Made by a program: the position numbers and the translations under genes. Of a stretch of DNA of 64,000 nucleotides, positions 36,501 through 48,549 are shown piece after piece. The notes below the pieces were generated by a model that saw only the letters and a list, made by a program, of their open reading frames with translations, was not told the origin of the DNA and did not search any database. The first letter of the stretch is position 1. Each line of letters begins with the position of its first letter. The DNA is taken from positions 36,332,001 to 36,396,000 of the forward strand of contig CM060734.1 of assembly GCA_030704615.1 (NCBI GenBank). The letters are read 5' to 3'. The DNA comes from Takakia lepidozioides (lineage: Eukaryota; Plantae; Bryophyta).

Positions 36501-38754
36501 ACACAAAATATGTGCTAATGGATGGAAATCACCTCAGTGGTATCCCAAATTATCTTGACATGTGGTCGGACCCGGGAAACGATCCAACCATGTACACTGC
36601 AGGGATATTAAAGGACTAGAGTCCTGCACACTTTAGGGACTGTGGTTGGTACCTGGACTGCCCTCCTGAGCACACGATTTTTCAAGAGCAGCAAATCAAA
36701 TATTTGAATTATCATGCTGAGATGCTGGCACCTCTGAACGACGAGGAGTACCAAAGAAACATAGCAGTATTGGCTGCCAAAGAGCCTGACGCGTAGGAAA
36801 CAACCCAGAACGGCAAGAAGGGTGGGTGCAAACCCAAAGACAAGGCTCATGATGGCATAGCCAAGTCACTAGCAAAGACAAAGGACAAAGACAAGTCGAA
36901 GGAGAAGGAAAAAGAAAAGGAAAAGGAAAAGAAGAAGGGGAAGGAGAAAGAAAAGGAGAAGAAGAAGAAGAAGGAGAGTGAGCAGGACTTTACCGCCGGA
37001 AGGTATACCCGCACAATTCAGTGCGTGTTCGATGCCAAGCCACACCCTTCCCGTGCTGATTTGGCAGGGGAGATTAAGATTGTCAATGAGGGATGGCTGA
37101 CGATGATGGAGAGTCAGAAGAAATGATACACTGGGGTGCCTTCGCCTACTTGGGATAACATGATCACTTTCCTTAATCTGGTGGGAATTTCACTTTCTTT
37201 CCTTTGCATTTGTAAGTGACATTGGCAGTATTGATCTTTGTTTCTTTGCAAACATTCTTCTTTTCGTTCTCAAATTGAACACATCTGTCGCAGGTGAGCA
37301 CTGGTCCCTCCTTCGTGTACGGTGTGCAGAAAATGTTTGTTGCTGACATGGTCATTCTTGACATCCCGGACGGCCAGACTGTGCCAAAAGTTCTTCCGAA
37401 TGGCAAGACGTCAAGCTGGAACAAATTCGATGACAACTACTGGAGTTGGTTGTTCGGGCCGTTCTGCAATAATTTCCTTTATGATGCAGGGACACTTCTG
37501 CTCTTTCAATCATGTGACAAGGATAGTCGTCGGGCATTGGCATCGTACCTGAAGTCCTCTGGGTTTGAAGTTCTGCGCATATGGAATTGTGTGAACATCA
37601 TCTACTTTGTGAAAGGGGGTTGTCCTGGTCAGCTGGTATGACGTCTCCCTCCTGGATGTGCTTTAATGCTGCGTTTCAATGTTCTTTGCAGCGTAACTCT
37701 AGAAGAATCTGTGATGATCGGCATCGATCATAACAAATACGTGACTAATCAGTTTGTTGCATGCCTATGTTTTGAAGTGCCAATTTACAAACTTCCACTA
37801 CTGTTTGTGTTTGGCACCCTAACTTTCAGTCTTTTGCAGACGAAGATGTTCGAGGCGATCTGCCTGCGGAGGATTCGCACCTCAAAGACACCATTCTCCA
37901 TCCGCAGCTACGAGATTTCTGACCAGGGGTGTTTCATCGATCCCCCATATGAGCCGCATGTCGATGACATTTTGTACAACTTCATGCAGCCCAGTCGGAC
38001 TCTCAAAAGACCAGATGACACTCCCTGGAGAGGTGCAAAGGAGAATACCCCAGCGTTCATGCAGACACTGCTGGAGTCATGCAGCCACCATTCTGCACGG
38101 GTAGTCGACCTCTCAGTATCCACAGGTTCGTTTTCTCCCTTCAGATTTGGTTTTCTTTCACCAGTTTCAGCTTCGTAAATCCCCCCCCCCAAGCTGTTCA
38201 TGTCCTCCTATTTGGTGCAGGAGCAACTTATTATGCGTGCAAGGCAGGGGGAAGAACCATTTTTGGCATGGAGGGTGATTCTGACCTATACAAGACTGTG
38301 CTCCTCCCCCTTTTGTCGGGCTCTACATCAGGCACACAAACTGAAACGATTCAAATCCGAAATGATGAGAATCCCGAGGATAAGCAGGTTGACAACGACT
38401 TTTCATGTGAGTAAGTCTTCCATGGAATTGTCATTCCATTTTGGGTGCCATGTTCAATCGCAGTCATCAAATTTGCAGTAATAATTTTTTTTTGCTGTGA
38501 CGTGCAGGAAAAACAGCGATGGATCTTCAGGAGAGACCCCCATTTGTGGCGAGACTGTTTTCGACAGCCCCCTTTCCACTTTTGTGCTTCCTGTGTATGC
38601 CGAAGCAATGACACTTCAAATGGCCGAGGCTCTATTCCCTGATTTTTTATTGCCCGACCGCAGGTGTAACCATCGTAGATCCGGAGTTCTTAAATTCTTG
38701 GACTTGGATGCAAAGGACGCGGGGATACATTATACTGACTCTGAGTCAGACTGA
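33504..38754 (+). pseudogene. Multi-exon ParB/Srx-like domain fused to a beta-class N6-adenine/N4-cytosine DNA methyltransferase-like domain
   Basis: FYVWDDNHRLLAW at 33978-34016 (ParB DGNHR box, one G>A change away). ADMVILDIPDG at 37342-37374 (motif IV position). KENTPAFMQTLLESCS-(x4)-RVVDLSVSTG|ATYYACKAGGRTIFGMEGD (motifs X, I, II) forms across in-phase GT-AG introns 37636-37839, 38126-38220 and 38411-38507. Several premature stops in middle exons. Confidence 0.75.
35478..36440 (-). other. Antisense coding-like insert within an intron of the ParB-MTase gene
   Basis: ORF 35461..35817 (YTLAVMLYVEVIFLRSVNW plus short coiled coil) lies between intronic palindrome copies at 35417 and 36464. 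Family not identified. Confidence 0.35.
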
Positions 38755-38879
38755 ACTACGCATTTTTAATGTTGTGTTCTCATCCTCTTCGGAAAAGATT
38801 GAATTCCCCTACTTCATTGCAGATGTTCCGGCAGAAAAAAAAAATGAAACAAAGAATCCACTCAGATTGAAATGACAAT

Positions 38880-39245
38880 CTTCATGAATCCATCCCACAA
38901 ACCCCACACACTCATGTCATATCCATTGTGCAGTCACCTACATTGTATTCATGCATCCTCCATTCATGAATGTTTTCCATTATTCAACATCCATTGTACA
39001 TTCATCCACTGTACTCTCGAATCTATCTTACAAACCCCACACACTCATGTCATATACATTGTGCATTCATTTACTGTGTATGAATGCATCCTCCATTCAT
39101 GCATGTTTTCCATTATTCAATATCCATTGTATATTCATCCATTATACTCTCATCCATCCCACATTCATCCACCTACTTGCATTGTTCGCACTCATCCATC
39201 TATTTTTCATCCACTTTACATTCATCCATCCTGCATTCATCTGTT
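38880..39245. repeat. CATT/CATCC low-complexity tract with ~133-bp duplication
   Basis: caaaccccacacactcatgtcatat occurs at 38898 and 39031. Confidence 0.75.
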
Positions 39246-39302
39246 GCTTTTAGGTGGGAATAACCACGTCCTTTTATTATGTCGTCCAACTTGTTTCCGC
39301 GG

Positions 39303-39830
39303 TTAAGGGTGCTCTTCCGCGGAAATACACTCCGTTTCTTCCTTGGCGCGCGATGACGTGGCGTTTAAGCGCGATGACGTGGAGTGAGCCCGGTGATGTG
39401 GCGTAGGCGCAAGGTGACATGGCGTGAGCGTAGCTGCGCTTACGCGCTCAGGCTCACGCCGAGGCATCCCTGGTATTCCCCTTCCCCTACCCATCCCCTG
39501 CATTCTTCCCCTTCCGTTTAGGAGTGGACGTTTTCTTAGGCTCTTTTGGGTTCAGAGCTTGAATGATTCTCTCCTGAATGTCTTTGTCAGTGCGCGGGGC
39601 AAGTGCCGCGGTGTTGTCGTTCAGGTTCCTGAACACCACCTCATCGAATGGTGTGTCTTGTTTGGGAAGATCAAGATATCACCCGCATTCTCTGAAGTGT
39701 GCCCTGCTCCAGTCTTTGGCAATCCCAGCCGTATACATTGTCTTCTCATTTGAGGGGTCCGCCCATGTGTAGATGAAGTCAGGGTCATCGCTCAGGTACT
39801 TCCCCGGAATGAAGACATGATACATGTACC
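39303..39830 (-). pseudogene. Third paralogue remnant of the ParB-MTase gene (middle exon)
   Basis: WADPSNEKTMYTAGIAKDWSRAHFRECG*YLDLP aligns with WSDPGNDPTMYTAGILKD*SPAHFRDCGWYLDCP at 36563-36664. Confidence 0.8.
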
Positions 39831-39954
39831 TGAACCACACACCCCAAAAACACAAATGATCATTCCAAAACAAGTAATTACAAACACCTCTGCAACACAA
39901 GGTTGAACACATGAGAGGTCCAACCTGTGCAAAAACACACACAGCCAAACGACA

Positions 39955-40970
39955 AACAAACCTTGCGTGTCAGCAAGGTACATTTGAGAGTATAAACAAA
40001 TCTATCGAAAGCTGAAAAAAAACCCTGAAACGATCATTTCTCAGTCAGAATCAACCTTGCGTTGACGCAAGGTTGATTAGTGCTTAGAAACACACCTAGG
40101 AAAACAAACGTTCACCTGGAAACGAACCGTGCATCTGACCTACAACTCCATGACAATAAACCCTTGCATGGAAAGCCCACAGCCGCAATCAATCTTGCGT
40201 TGACGCAAGGTTGATTGGCAGCACCACAAATGTGAAGTCTAATCTGTGCAAATACATACACAGCCAAACGGTAAACAACCTTGCGTTGACGCGAGGTACA
40301 TTTGAGCCTGTAAACGAATCTACCGAAAGCTGAAAAAACCCCTGGAACGATCAATTCTCAGCCAGAATCAAACTTGCGTTAACGCAAGGTTGATTAGTGC
40401 TTACAAATACACCTAGCAAAACAAACGTTCACCTGAAAACAAACCCTACAACTACAACCTACAACTACCGTGTATCTCCACCTTTCATGAAAATAGATTA
40501 TCGCATGGAAATTCCACAGCCGCAATCAACCGTGCGTTTACGCAAGGTTGATTGGCGACACCACAAATGTGAAGTCACACTACCTTCACAAGAAAAGAAG
40601 TACCAATTCATTCAAGTTCACATGAAATAAAATCATGAAATCTTCACCAGGGCAACCAAAATTCAACCTCGCATTGATAAGAGCAAACAGAAAGTGAAAT
40701 CAAAACTGCCTCACGTCAGACCAAGTTCCTATTCAATCAAGCTGATATGAAATGAAATCTTGTCCAGGACAACCAGCAATCAACCTTGCGTTGACGCAAC
40801 CTTGAAACACACATACATAATGAAACATAGGAGAATCAATCTGAAGTTCTCCAAATCAACCTTGTGTTGACACAATGTTGATTTCAATTCTAGGAAATCA
40901 AACTCGTGTTAACACTAGGTTGATTTCAGTTCTGTGAAATCAACCTCGTGTTAACACAAGGTTGATTTGA
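39955..40970. repeat. Array of about 11 AATCAACCTTGCGT-TG-ACGCAAGGTTGATT palindromes
   Basis: Perfect 14-bp arms at 40049-40078. Variants at about 40186, 40276, 40366, 40524, 40778, 40854, 40897 and 40938. Includes a ~318-bp duplication. Confidence 0.9.
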
Positions 40971-42700
40971 GGAAATCAATCCTCAAATGTGACGGCCCAA
41001 GGATACCTTGCACTGAAGAGCCCTGATACTGGGACAAGGCACTGGATCAAAACCCATAAGCCCTCCCTATTGCCCCATTTCCTACTCATCCACCCATATA
41101 GGCAATGCGAGCACTTACCTCAAAAATAAAAACAACAAGAACAAGCAAAATATAAGAACCAATGCATCTAGATGCTCATGGTGTGACATTGCAATCAATG
41201 CGCAATGGTTCATGGAGTCGGTGAGTCGACTACATATTGACTTTAATGAATAAATATGTTTATTCCATTAATCGAATTCGGAATGTAAATTTCTAGTCAC
41301 ATGTGCGGTAATTAGAACCACTTGTATTTTCCGCTTTTTAAAATTTTGTGTATTTACATAATTAATTAAATAACTGCGATTATTGCTACAACTCCGGAGT
41401 CATAGCATTGACCCAACTTCTATCCGCCGTCTGAAATGCCCCCCTGGGCCTTCATTGTCCATTTCGAGTCTCTAGTAGTCCCGTGTAGTGCCAAGTGGTT
41501 CCCGGAGTGGTTGCCGGACACCCAATTGATTCGGAAAAGACACGAATGCTTCTATTGACTGAGGACCTGTCATAGCTATTATCAAGGCCTTGGCATTTGA
41601 TGTCTGTAGAATCTGGAGGGAGATTTTTGTAGGGCACATTTTGGCATCTTGACACCACTAGAGATACAAAGATGTTAGCACTCATTCACTGGAATCACCT
41701 CAACAATTTAGGGCATATTTCCAATGGCTTACAGATCTGCAAACGCGGACTTGGTTTAGAAGGTTTTTGTGAGATTTTGATTTTCATACAATACAGGCAT
41801 AAGAGACATAAAAAGTTTCCGAATTGTGAAGTTCCACATTACTACAAATTAAGAGAAAGAGGGTAAAAGAGAGGAAAACAGATAGCAGTTGACAAACAAG
41901 AATTATTCGAACTACATAAGTTATCCACGACTACCACTCTCTACAAAGCCAGAAATATTCAAATCATTACTGCCGTGATCACCGGTAGCTTGGTCAGAGC
42001 TCAGGAGTCGGATGGACATTGATATGCTTCAACTCTTCTATGTAATAAGTTATTGAGGTGAAAGACTACAGAGAGATTCTCAACTAAAATGCTATCCGCG
42101 GCCGAACTCATCACTACGATTCAGAGGATTCAAACCATGACAGGCATTGCGGCACCGGCCACTTGATTACAGATACGGTTTTCTGCGAGAAACATGAGAC
42201 ATCGCATCACAAATCAAGGAGAGCATAGAAGACTAGGAATCGCACCTTGCGCACATATCCATACTTGCTCACATATCCATACTTGCTCTCTTTCTCATTA
42301 TCTTCAAAAGAGTAAAGGCGCTCTCCATCAACAGCCGGCATTGCGTCTCACTCCTCCTCTCCCGCCTCCCTGGAAGACTGCTTAGCTCGAGTATCCTGGC
42401 GATGGCAGATCGTTGCACATCATCCCGAGACAGCTAGGCCACTGCCAACGAACTAGGTATGCTGCGTTACTGGGAATATTGATTCGCTAACCCAAGATTT
42501 TGAGCAGCTGTGGCCACGGAGGTCCGTCATGAATGGAATTTGAATGAATGTTGAGATCCAAACGCAGGAGACGGTGTTAGGCAAAATCGTTTTTTGCCCA
42601 AATTGCTGCCTCTTCTTCTGTATGGATGTTCATTCTCCCCCTCTGGAGCTTATGGAGAGCTGTGGGGGACTTTGAATATTTTCTTCTGCTTCTTTTCACA

Positions 42701-42950
42701 GGCCCAGGGATGGGTGCGCAATCCGCCGCTCTTCTGCGAGCGTTGGTAAGGGGTATCTCCAAGCCGCGATCTTTCGCTTGCAGTGAAGGGGCTGGAGGGC
42801 TCACGTTGTGCAACATATTAACCGGCCAGGCTGTGGAGCGGAACTGGGTATCCAGCTTGGAAATGACGGTCCCCAGACCCTTCCAAGAGATGGCTATGAC
42901 GCCTCCCCAGCCCCGAAGGAAAGTGAAGAAAAGGAAGCGGAAGAAAGGTA
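42701..42950 (+). other. Possible exon encoding an organellar transit-peptide-like N-terminus
   Basis: Pyrimidine tract and CAG at 42700, then MGAQSAALLRALVRGISKPRSF (R/S/A-rich). No domain recognised. Confidence 0.25.
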
Positions 42951-43286
42951 CAGACATGCAACACTTTTGTCCTGCTTTGCTTCTGTGAATTTTGTGCGTT
43001 GGAGCGATGTATGATCTGTATTGTCCGACTTCCATCCTAATAGAGGAGTACATAGCCACACTTGCCAGTCAAATTGAGAGGTGGACAAGGGGCAGAGAGC
43101 ATCCAATTGGTGGGGTTTCTACCCAGCAGAGTATTGAAACTCAGCCCGCAAATTCCATACTACTTGCGTCAACGACGATGTGATTTCAGCAGTTTGTTAT
43201 TGATGTAATGGCTGGTATAGACAAAATGCTAGAAAACATTATGCTGCCTCCATCACTCTGCCCTCGCCCCAAAATCCAGCACAGGT

Positions 43287-43388
<102 letters not shown>

Positions 43389-44519
43389 ATCGTCTGGAAA
43401 GCAAGCGATCCTCAGAAAGACCGAGGTCGACGAGGGACTGCTAAAGATATGTCTGAAGCGCTAGGACTCCTCAATGGAGAGTAAGGCTATCAGAAGCTGG
43501 CGAAGTTTTAAATTTCTTGCAGGTCTTGAATCCAGGTCAAGCAATGGGCAAAGAAGTGCTTTGGCAGGAGTTCTTCTCATATCCTTCACTGTGGTGGCAC
43601 AATAGGTTTGACAAGGTGAGGCTCTTTGTCCAGGAGGGCTTCTGACTGTAGATGGCATAGCGATGGTCTTGTGAACTGGATTATATATCGAGTTGGTCAA
43701 ATTCATAACATTTTTGGCTCTTTGTTGCTGGAACTGCAGACACACCAAAACTTTACCTTTGCTCTCAGTAAGTTGTACGTTTTAGTCAAAAGATGTTTGG
43801 AGCTGTGGTGGTTATAGCCTGGTCTATGTGAGGCTGTGGTTAAGCTATGGCTGCTGAACTGTCCCCGGTCCAAGGTCACCAGACTTCAAACACAAGCACA
43901 CAAAATAAGTCCACTCTCCCAAACTGAGCAACCCTGATGGGATGAATACAGGATGGCTTTTGGTAGAATGCAAGCATTGGTCCGATTTAACTTTTCTATA
44001 GTGTGGCCACAAGTCTCCAGCAAGCACAGACTATGGGGAACATCCCTTCTTGATATCCTACAGTTAGAGTTCTGGGCCAACCCAAGAATTGATATTTTTC
44101 CACTAAACAGAGACGAGTGTACTTTCCTCCTCCCAGCCTCTAGGGCTGCTAGGTTCCAAAATTACACATGGCCCTGAAAACAAGCATCCCAGTCACTGTT
44201 TTCCTTTTATATATGAAGGAACAGGTTTATCACAAGGCTTACCAACTTCTGTGTCAATGGCAGACTGTAGCGAGGATGGGGAAATTACATGGGTCTCGAC
44301 AGTGATGATTTTGCAATTTGGGACCGTCACCTTCATACCGTGCCAACCCAAACTTCAATCATAAGAACATGACAGCCAGCCCAGAAAAGGATGACATTAT
44401 TGGTGTTCAATGATGGAAATCGACATTAGATTGTGTTCAACTTTGTATCATGGCAGCTAGCTCTGCTTTCGTCCAAGGAGGGTTTTTCAAGGGTTCAAGC
44501 TCTTGGTACAGCAAGTAGA

Positions 44520-44923
44520 TGACTGCAGTAGTAGATTAATCCTCAAGTCTATCCTCATGGGAAGATCTTGAAGTGTCAATGAGCTTTGACATAATTATGT
44601 GAGTTTAGCTCTAACACACAGCTTTCAGCCGTGCAGGATGGCGGGTAGGAGTCAGGCACAGTTGTTTGAAACAGGGACTTCCAACTTTCTGACAGGGGAC
44701 CGAGAGAGAGTCTCAACAAAAACTCTTCTGGCACTTGTGGGGATATGAGGACACTATGAAAGCACGGCAACAAAATAAGGTGCTTGACATGCTGAACCAA
44801 CCAGGCATTTTTGCAATCCCCGACACCTACGTCTATCTCTTGCAGGAGTGCATCAAAAATAATATACTAGAAAGTGGAAAGCAGGTGCATGCCCACATAA
44901 TCAAACGTGGATATAGGCCGTAG
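44520..44923 (+). pseudogene. PPR gene 5' fragment (leader module plus first repeat)
   Basis: TYVYLLQECIKNNILESGKQVHAHIIKRG parallels 45223..45430. Confidence 0.7.
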
Positions 44924-45037
44924 GGTTGGTAGGTGCATTTTAGGTTGTGATTGTCAGCTACAAGCTGCAGGGAGGGGGGGGGGGTTCTATGCATTATTGT
45001 TATCAAGTCAGCAATAGCTGAAGGAGGCAGGGACTAA

Positions 45038-47343
45038 GTGTGGGTCCAGATCCATCCAAGAAGGCCAGATCTCAAGTACAAGAGTACCACTGAGCAACCT
45101 TGGATTGATAGCCACAAGGCACCTGCATGTGTAGATGGTGATCTGGAAGCAGCAGGAGTACAGCTGATAAAGTCAGGGAAATCCTCCATGACCAGCCTTT
45201 GTGAAAGAGGACAAGAGAGGGAGTGTATAAGATCTCTTCTGGTGCTTGTGGATATGTGAGGACGCTATGTGAGGCAGGACAACTGAGCAAGGCTGTGCAT
45301 ATTTTGGAGGAAGGAGGCTTTTTGGCAGACTTAACTACCTATGTGTGTCTGTTGGATAAGTGCATCAAGATGAAAGGCCTAGTAGCAGGAAAACAGGTGC
45401 ATGCCCACATTATCCAAAGTGGATTCAAGCCAACTGTGTTTCTGCAGAACACTCTTGTCAACATGTATGTCAAGTGTGGGAGCATCATGGATGCGCACGA
45501 AGTGTTTGACAACATGCCCGAACGAAATATGTTTTCGTGGACTATAATGATGGCAGGATATACCAAACATGGGTGTGGTAGGAATGCCTTTGAGACCTAT
45601 GACCAAATGATACAGGAAGGGGTGACACCTGACCAGGTTACGTTCGTTTGCGTTCTCAAGGCGTGCACCTGCCTTGCAAAGAGGTCCATGCTGACATCAT
45701 TAGAGCGGGAATTGTACCAAATATAATTCTGAACACTACCCTTGTTGACATGTATGCCAAATGTGGGAGCATCGAGGATGCAGAGGAGGTGTTTGACAAT
45801 ATGGCTGAACGAAATGTGGTCTCATGGAGTGCAACGATCTCAGGATATAACCAGCATGGGTGTGGGATGGAGGCTCTGGAGACTTATGAGCAAATGATGC
45901 GGGAAGGGGTCAAGCCCAACCAGGTCACATTTGTTTGTGTTTGCAACGCGTGTGCGAGCCTGGCAGCCCTGGAAAAGGGCAAAGAGGTCCATGCTGAAAT
46001 TATGAAAGCTGGAATTGTACCAGATATTATTCTGGACAACACCCTTGTGGACATGTATGCCAAATGTGGCAGCATGGAGGCTGCAAAGGTGGTGTTTGAG
46101 AAAATGGCTGAACGAGATGTGGTTTCATGGAGTGCAATGATTGCAGGTTATACCCAGCATGGGAACAGGATGGAAGCTTTGCAGATTTATGAGCAAATGC
46201 TGCAGGAAGGGGTGACGCCCAACCAGGTCACATATGTTTGTGTTTGCAATGCGTGTGCGAGCCTGGCAGCCCTGGAAAAGGGCAAAGAGGTCCATGCTGA
46301 CATCATGAAAGCTGGAATAGTACCAAATGTCATTCTGGACAATACCCTCATGGACATGTATGCCAAATGTGGGAGCATTGAGGATGCAAAGGGAGTGTTC
46401 GACAATGTCTGAACGAGATGTGGTCTCATGGAATTCCATGATTGCAGGATATGCCCAGCATGGTTGTCATAGGGAGGCCCTGGAACTATTAGAAGGAATG
46501 CAAAAGGAAGGCTTGAAGCCAGACAGTATCACCTTTGTATCTGTTCTCTCTGCATGTAGCCATGTTGGCCTAGTAGATGAAGGCAAACACTACTTTGATT
46601 CCTTGAGTAAAGATCATGGCCTCACTCCGTCAGTGGAGCACTCTGTATGCATGGTGGACCTTTTTGGCCGCGCGGGACGATTGGATGAGGCAGAGGGTTT
46701 CATTAACGAAAGGGCAATCAAATTCGATGCTGTAGTGTGGAAGGCTTTGCTTGGTGCCAGCAGAATTCATGGCAATGTGGAGGTTGCTGAACGTGCGGCC
46801 AAATCTATTCTCGAGTGGGATCCACAGGACGCTGGAACTTACGTGTTGCTATCAAATATCTATGCTGCAGCTGGCAGGTGGGATGACACTGCAAAGGTGA
46901 GGAAAATGATGTTTATCAAAGGTGTCAGAAAGGAGCCAGGTCACTGCTGCATTGAGGTTGGTAATAGGGTGCCCACCTTTGTTGTAGATGACAAATCGCA
47001 TCCTCAAATTGAGGAAATTCATGCTGAGCTGAGAAGCTTGGCTAGGCAGATGAAAGAGGCAGGGTACATGCCTGACACCCGCTTTGTGTTGCATGATGTG
47101 GAGGAGGAGCAAAAGGAATTTTCTCTTTGCCACCACAGTGAGAAGCTAGCCATTGCTTTTGGACTGATCAGCATGGCCCCTGGGACGCCTCTCCGTGTTA
47201 TCAAGAACCTTCGGGTGTGTGGTGACTGCCACACAGCCACAAAGTTCATCTCAAAGATTGTTGGGCGACCAATTGTTGTACGGGATGCCAACCGTTTTCA
47301 CCATTTCGAAGATGGGGTTTGTTCCTGTGGGGAGTACGGGTGA
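45038..47343 (+). pseudogene. PLS-class PPR-E-DYW RNA-editing factor, frameshifted
   Basis: P-L-S triplets (VDMYAKCGS, RDVVSW), E domain, PG box KEPGHC, HSEKLA and CGDCH; ends CSCGEYG. Short deletions cause frameshifts near 45675 and 46408, plus one near 45230. Confidence 0.92.
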
Positions 47344-47883
47344 TATGATGTTTGTCTGGCCGAGTGTCTTGCAGCTGTTCGGTTGATTGACAGTTCTCTA
47401 GGAATGTTGGCAATGACATACTATTGAGGGCATTTCTCTCTGGATTATCAAACCCTCCAAGAGCCATTTGTGTGGCCATGAGGAGGTAGAACACAGAGCG
47501 ATATTACGACAGCTAGGGAGGATTGTATTTCAGATTCATACTTCTATGTGTATACAACCATCTCTGTGTCAAACCTTGACATATGGATCTTTCACAGCTG
47601 ACGCCTATCTGGTTACAAGGACTTGGGTGTTGACTTAAGGGGAGGCATTGATAGCACACGAGAGAGCATGGGATATGAATCAGCACACTGAAGAGACAAG
47701 AAATTTGCTTGGTCGACAAGTCTAGGTGCAAAACCACATTCCAAAAATGTAGGGAACTTAATAATCCCCAAGGTCCTCCAGGCAAACTTGAACAAGAAGA
47801 AATCAACATTGACAGATTGCTTGGAAATGAAGAGACTCTGAAGCCTACCATTCCTAGAAGCTCACATATTAGACCCAAGAGCT

Positions 47884-47962
47884 AGGGTATGTTCCTAGTG
47901 CAACTTGGTAGCGCATTTGTTTTGGGTACAAAATGCCGCAGGTTCGAATCCTGTCATCCCTA
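47884..47962 (+). pseudogene. trnP: Plastid-derived trnP(UGG) pseudogene (NUPT)
   Basis: ttggtagcgcatttgttttgggtacaaaatg...ggttcgaatcctgtcatccct matches plastid trnP-UGG; small insertions in the 5' arm. Confidence 0.85.
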
Positions 47963-48097
47963 CCCCGAATGTCATATATCGTAACAAGACTTCGGACTCC
48001 GGAGTAAATATTTTATGTACGAAATATTTTTCTAATAAAAATAGAAAAATATAGAAGAGGTCACCCTTTTCCATTCAAGGAAATGTGTTGCGAAGAA

Positions 48098-48168
48098 GCG
48101 CTCTTAGTTCAGCTCCGCTCCGCTCAGCTCAGTAGAATGCAGGTCTCTAAAACCTGATGTCGTAGGTT
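48098..48168 (+). pseudogene. trnW: Plastid-derived trnW pseudogene (NUPT), 3'-truncated
   Basis: gcgctcttagttcag...gtagaa..caggtctctaaaacctgatgtcgtaggtt. Follows trnP as in plastomes; anticodon reads CTA. Confidence 0.8.
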
Positions 48169-48549
48169 TTTTCTTTTGAGAAAAGGGACTAGCCCATAAT
48201 ATATTAGTACGGATGAAGAGTACAAGAAGAAAAATAACCTCCAAGGGGGCCGTGAAGGCATGTGCGCATGGGGAACAACCCATGGACTATAGACACGGGA
48301 GGGAAGGATTGGGGGGCAACACCGAGCCCACAAAGATACTCTAGATCAAAGGCCTAGATCAGAGCCGAAACAAGAACCAAAAACTACATAGAGATGCACG
48401 AGCTAACCATGCATCACTGCTGAAATCCAGCTGAGCTTTAATCCTAGGGATGCAAAGCTTGCGGTGTCTCCAGTTAACCTTCGTTGTGTGTTTCCAAGCT
48501 GGATTCTCCTTGAGTGCCTTTGTGCACATCTGTGGGTCAAAAACTGACA

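Noticed and set aside
37939-37950. Literal DPPY as the methyltransferase catalytic motif
   Set aside because: It lies in the variable region shortly before motif X. The strand-plus-motif context of motif IV fits DMVILDIPDG at 37345-37374 better. It may be coincidence; a structure model is needed.
9570-40970. The 9.6-kb and 40-kb arrays as the two subterminal ends of one 31-kb element
   Set aside because: Both sit in the same orientation relative to separate minus-strand paralogue exons and no matching TIRs or TSD were found. They are better explained as internal arrays of separate copies.
40988-41160. LTR start (TGTGACGGCCC)
   Set aside because: No second LTR, primer-binding site, polypurine tract or gag-pol sequence found.
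48098-48168. Functional amber-suppressor tRNA
   Set aside because: The D-arm has an insertion and the T-arm and acceptor 3' half are missing.
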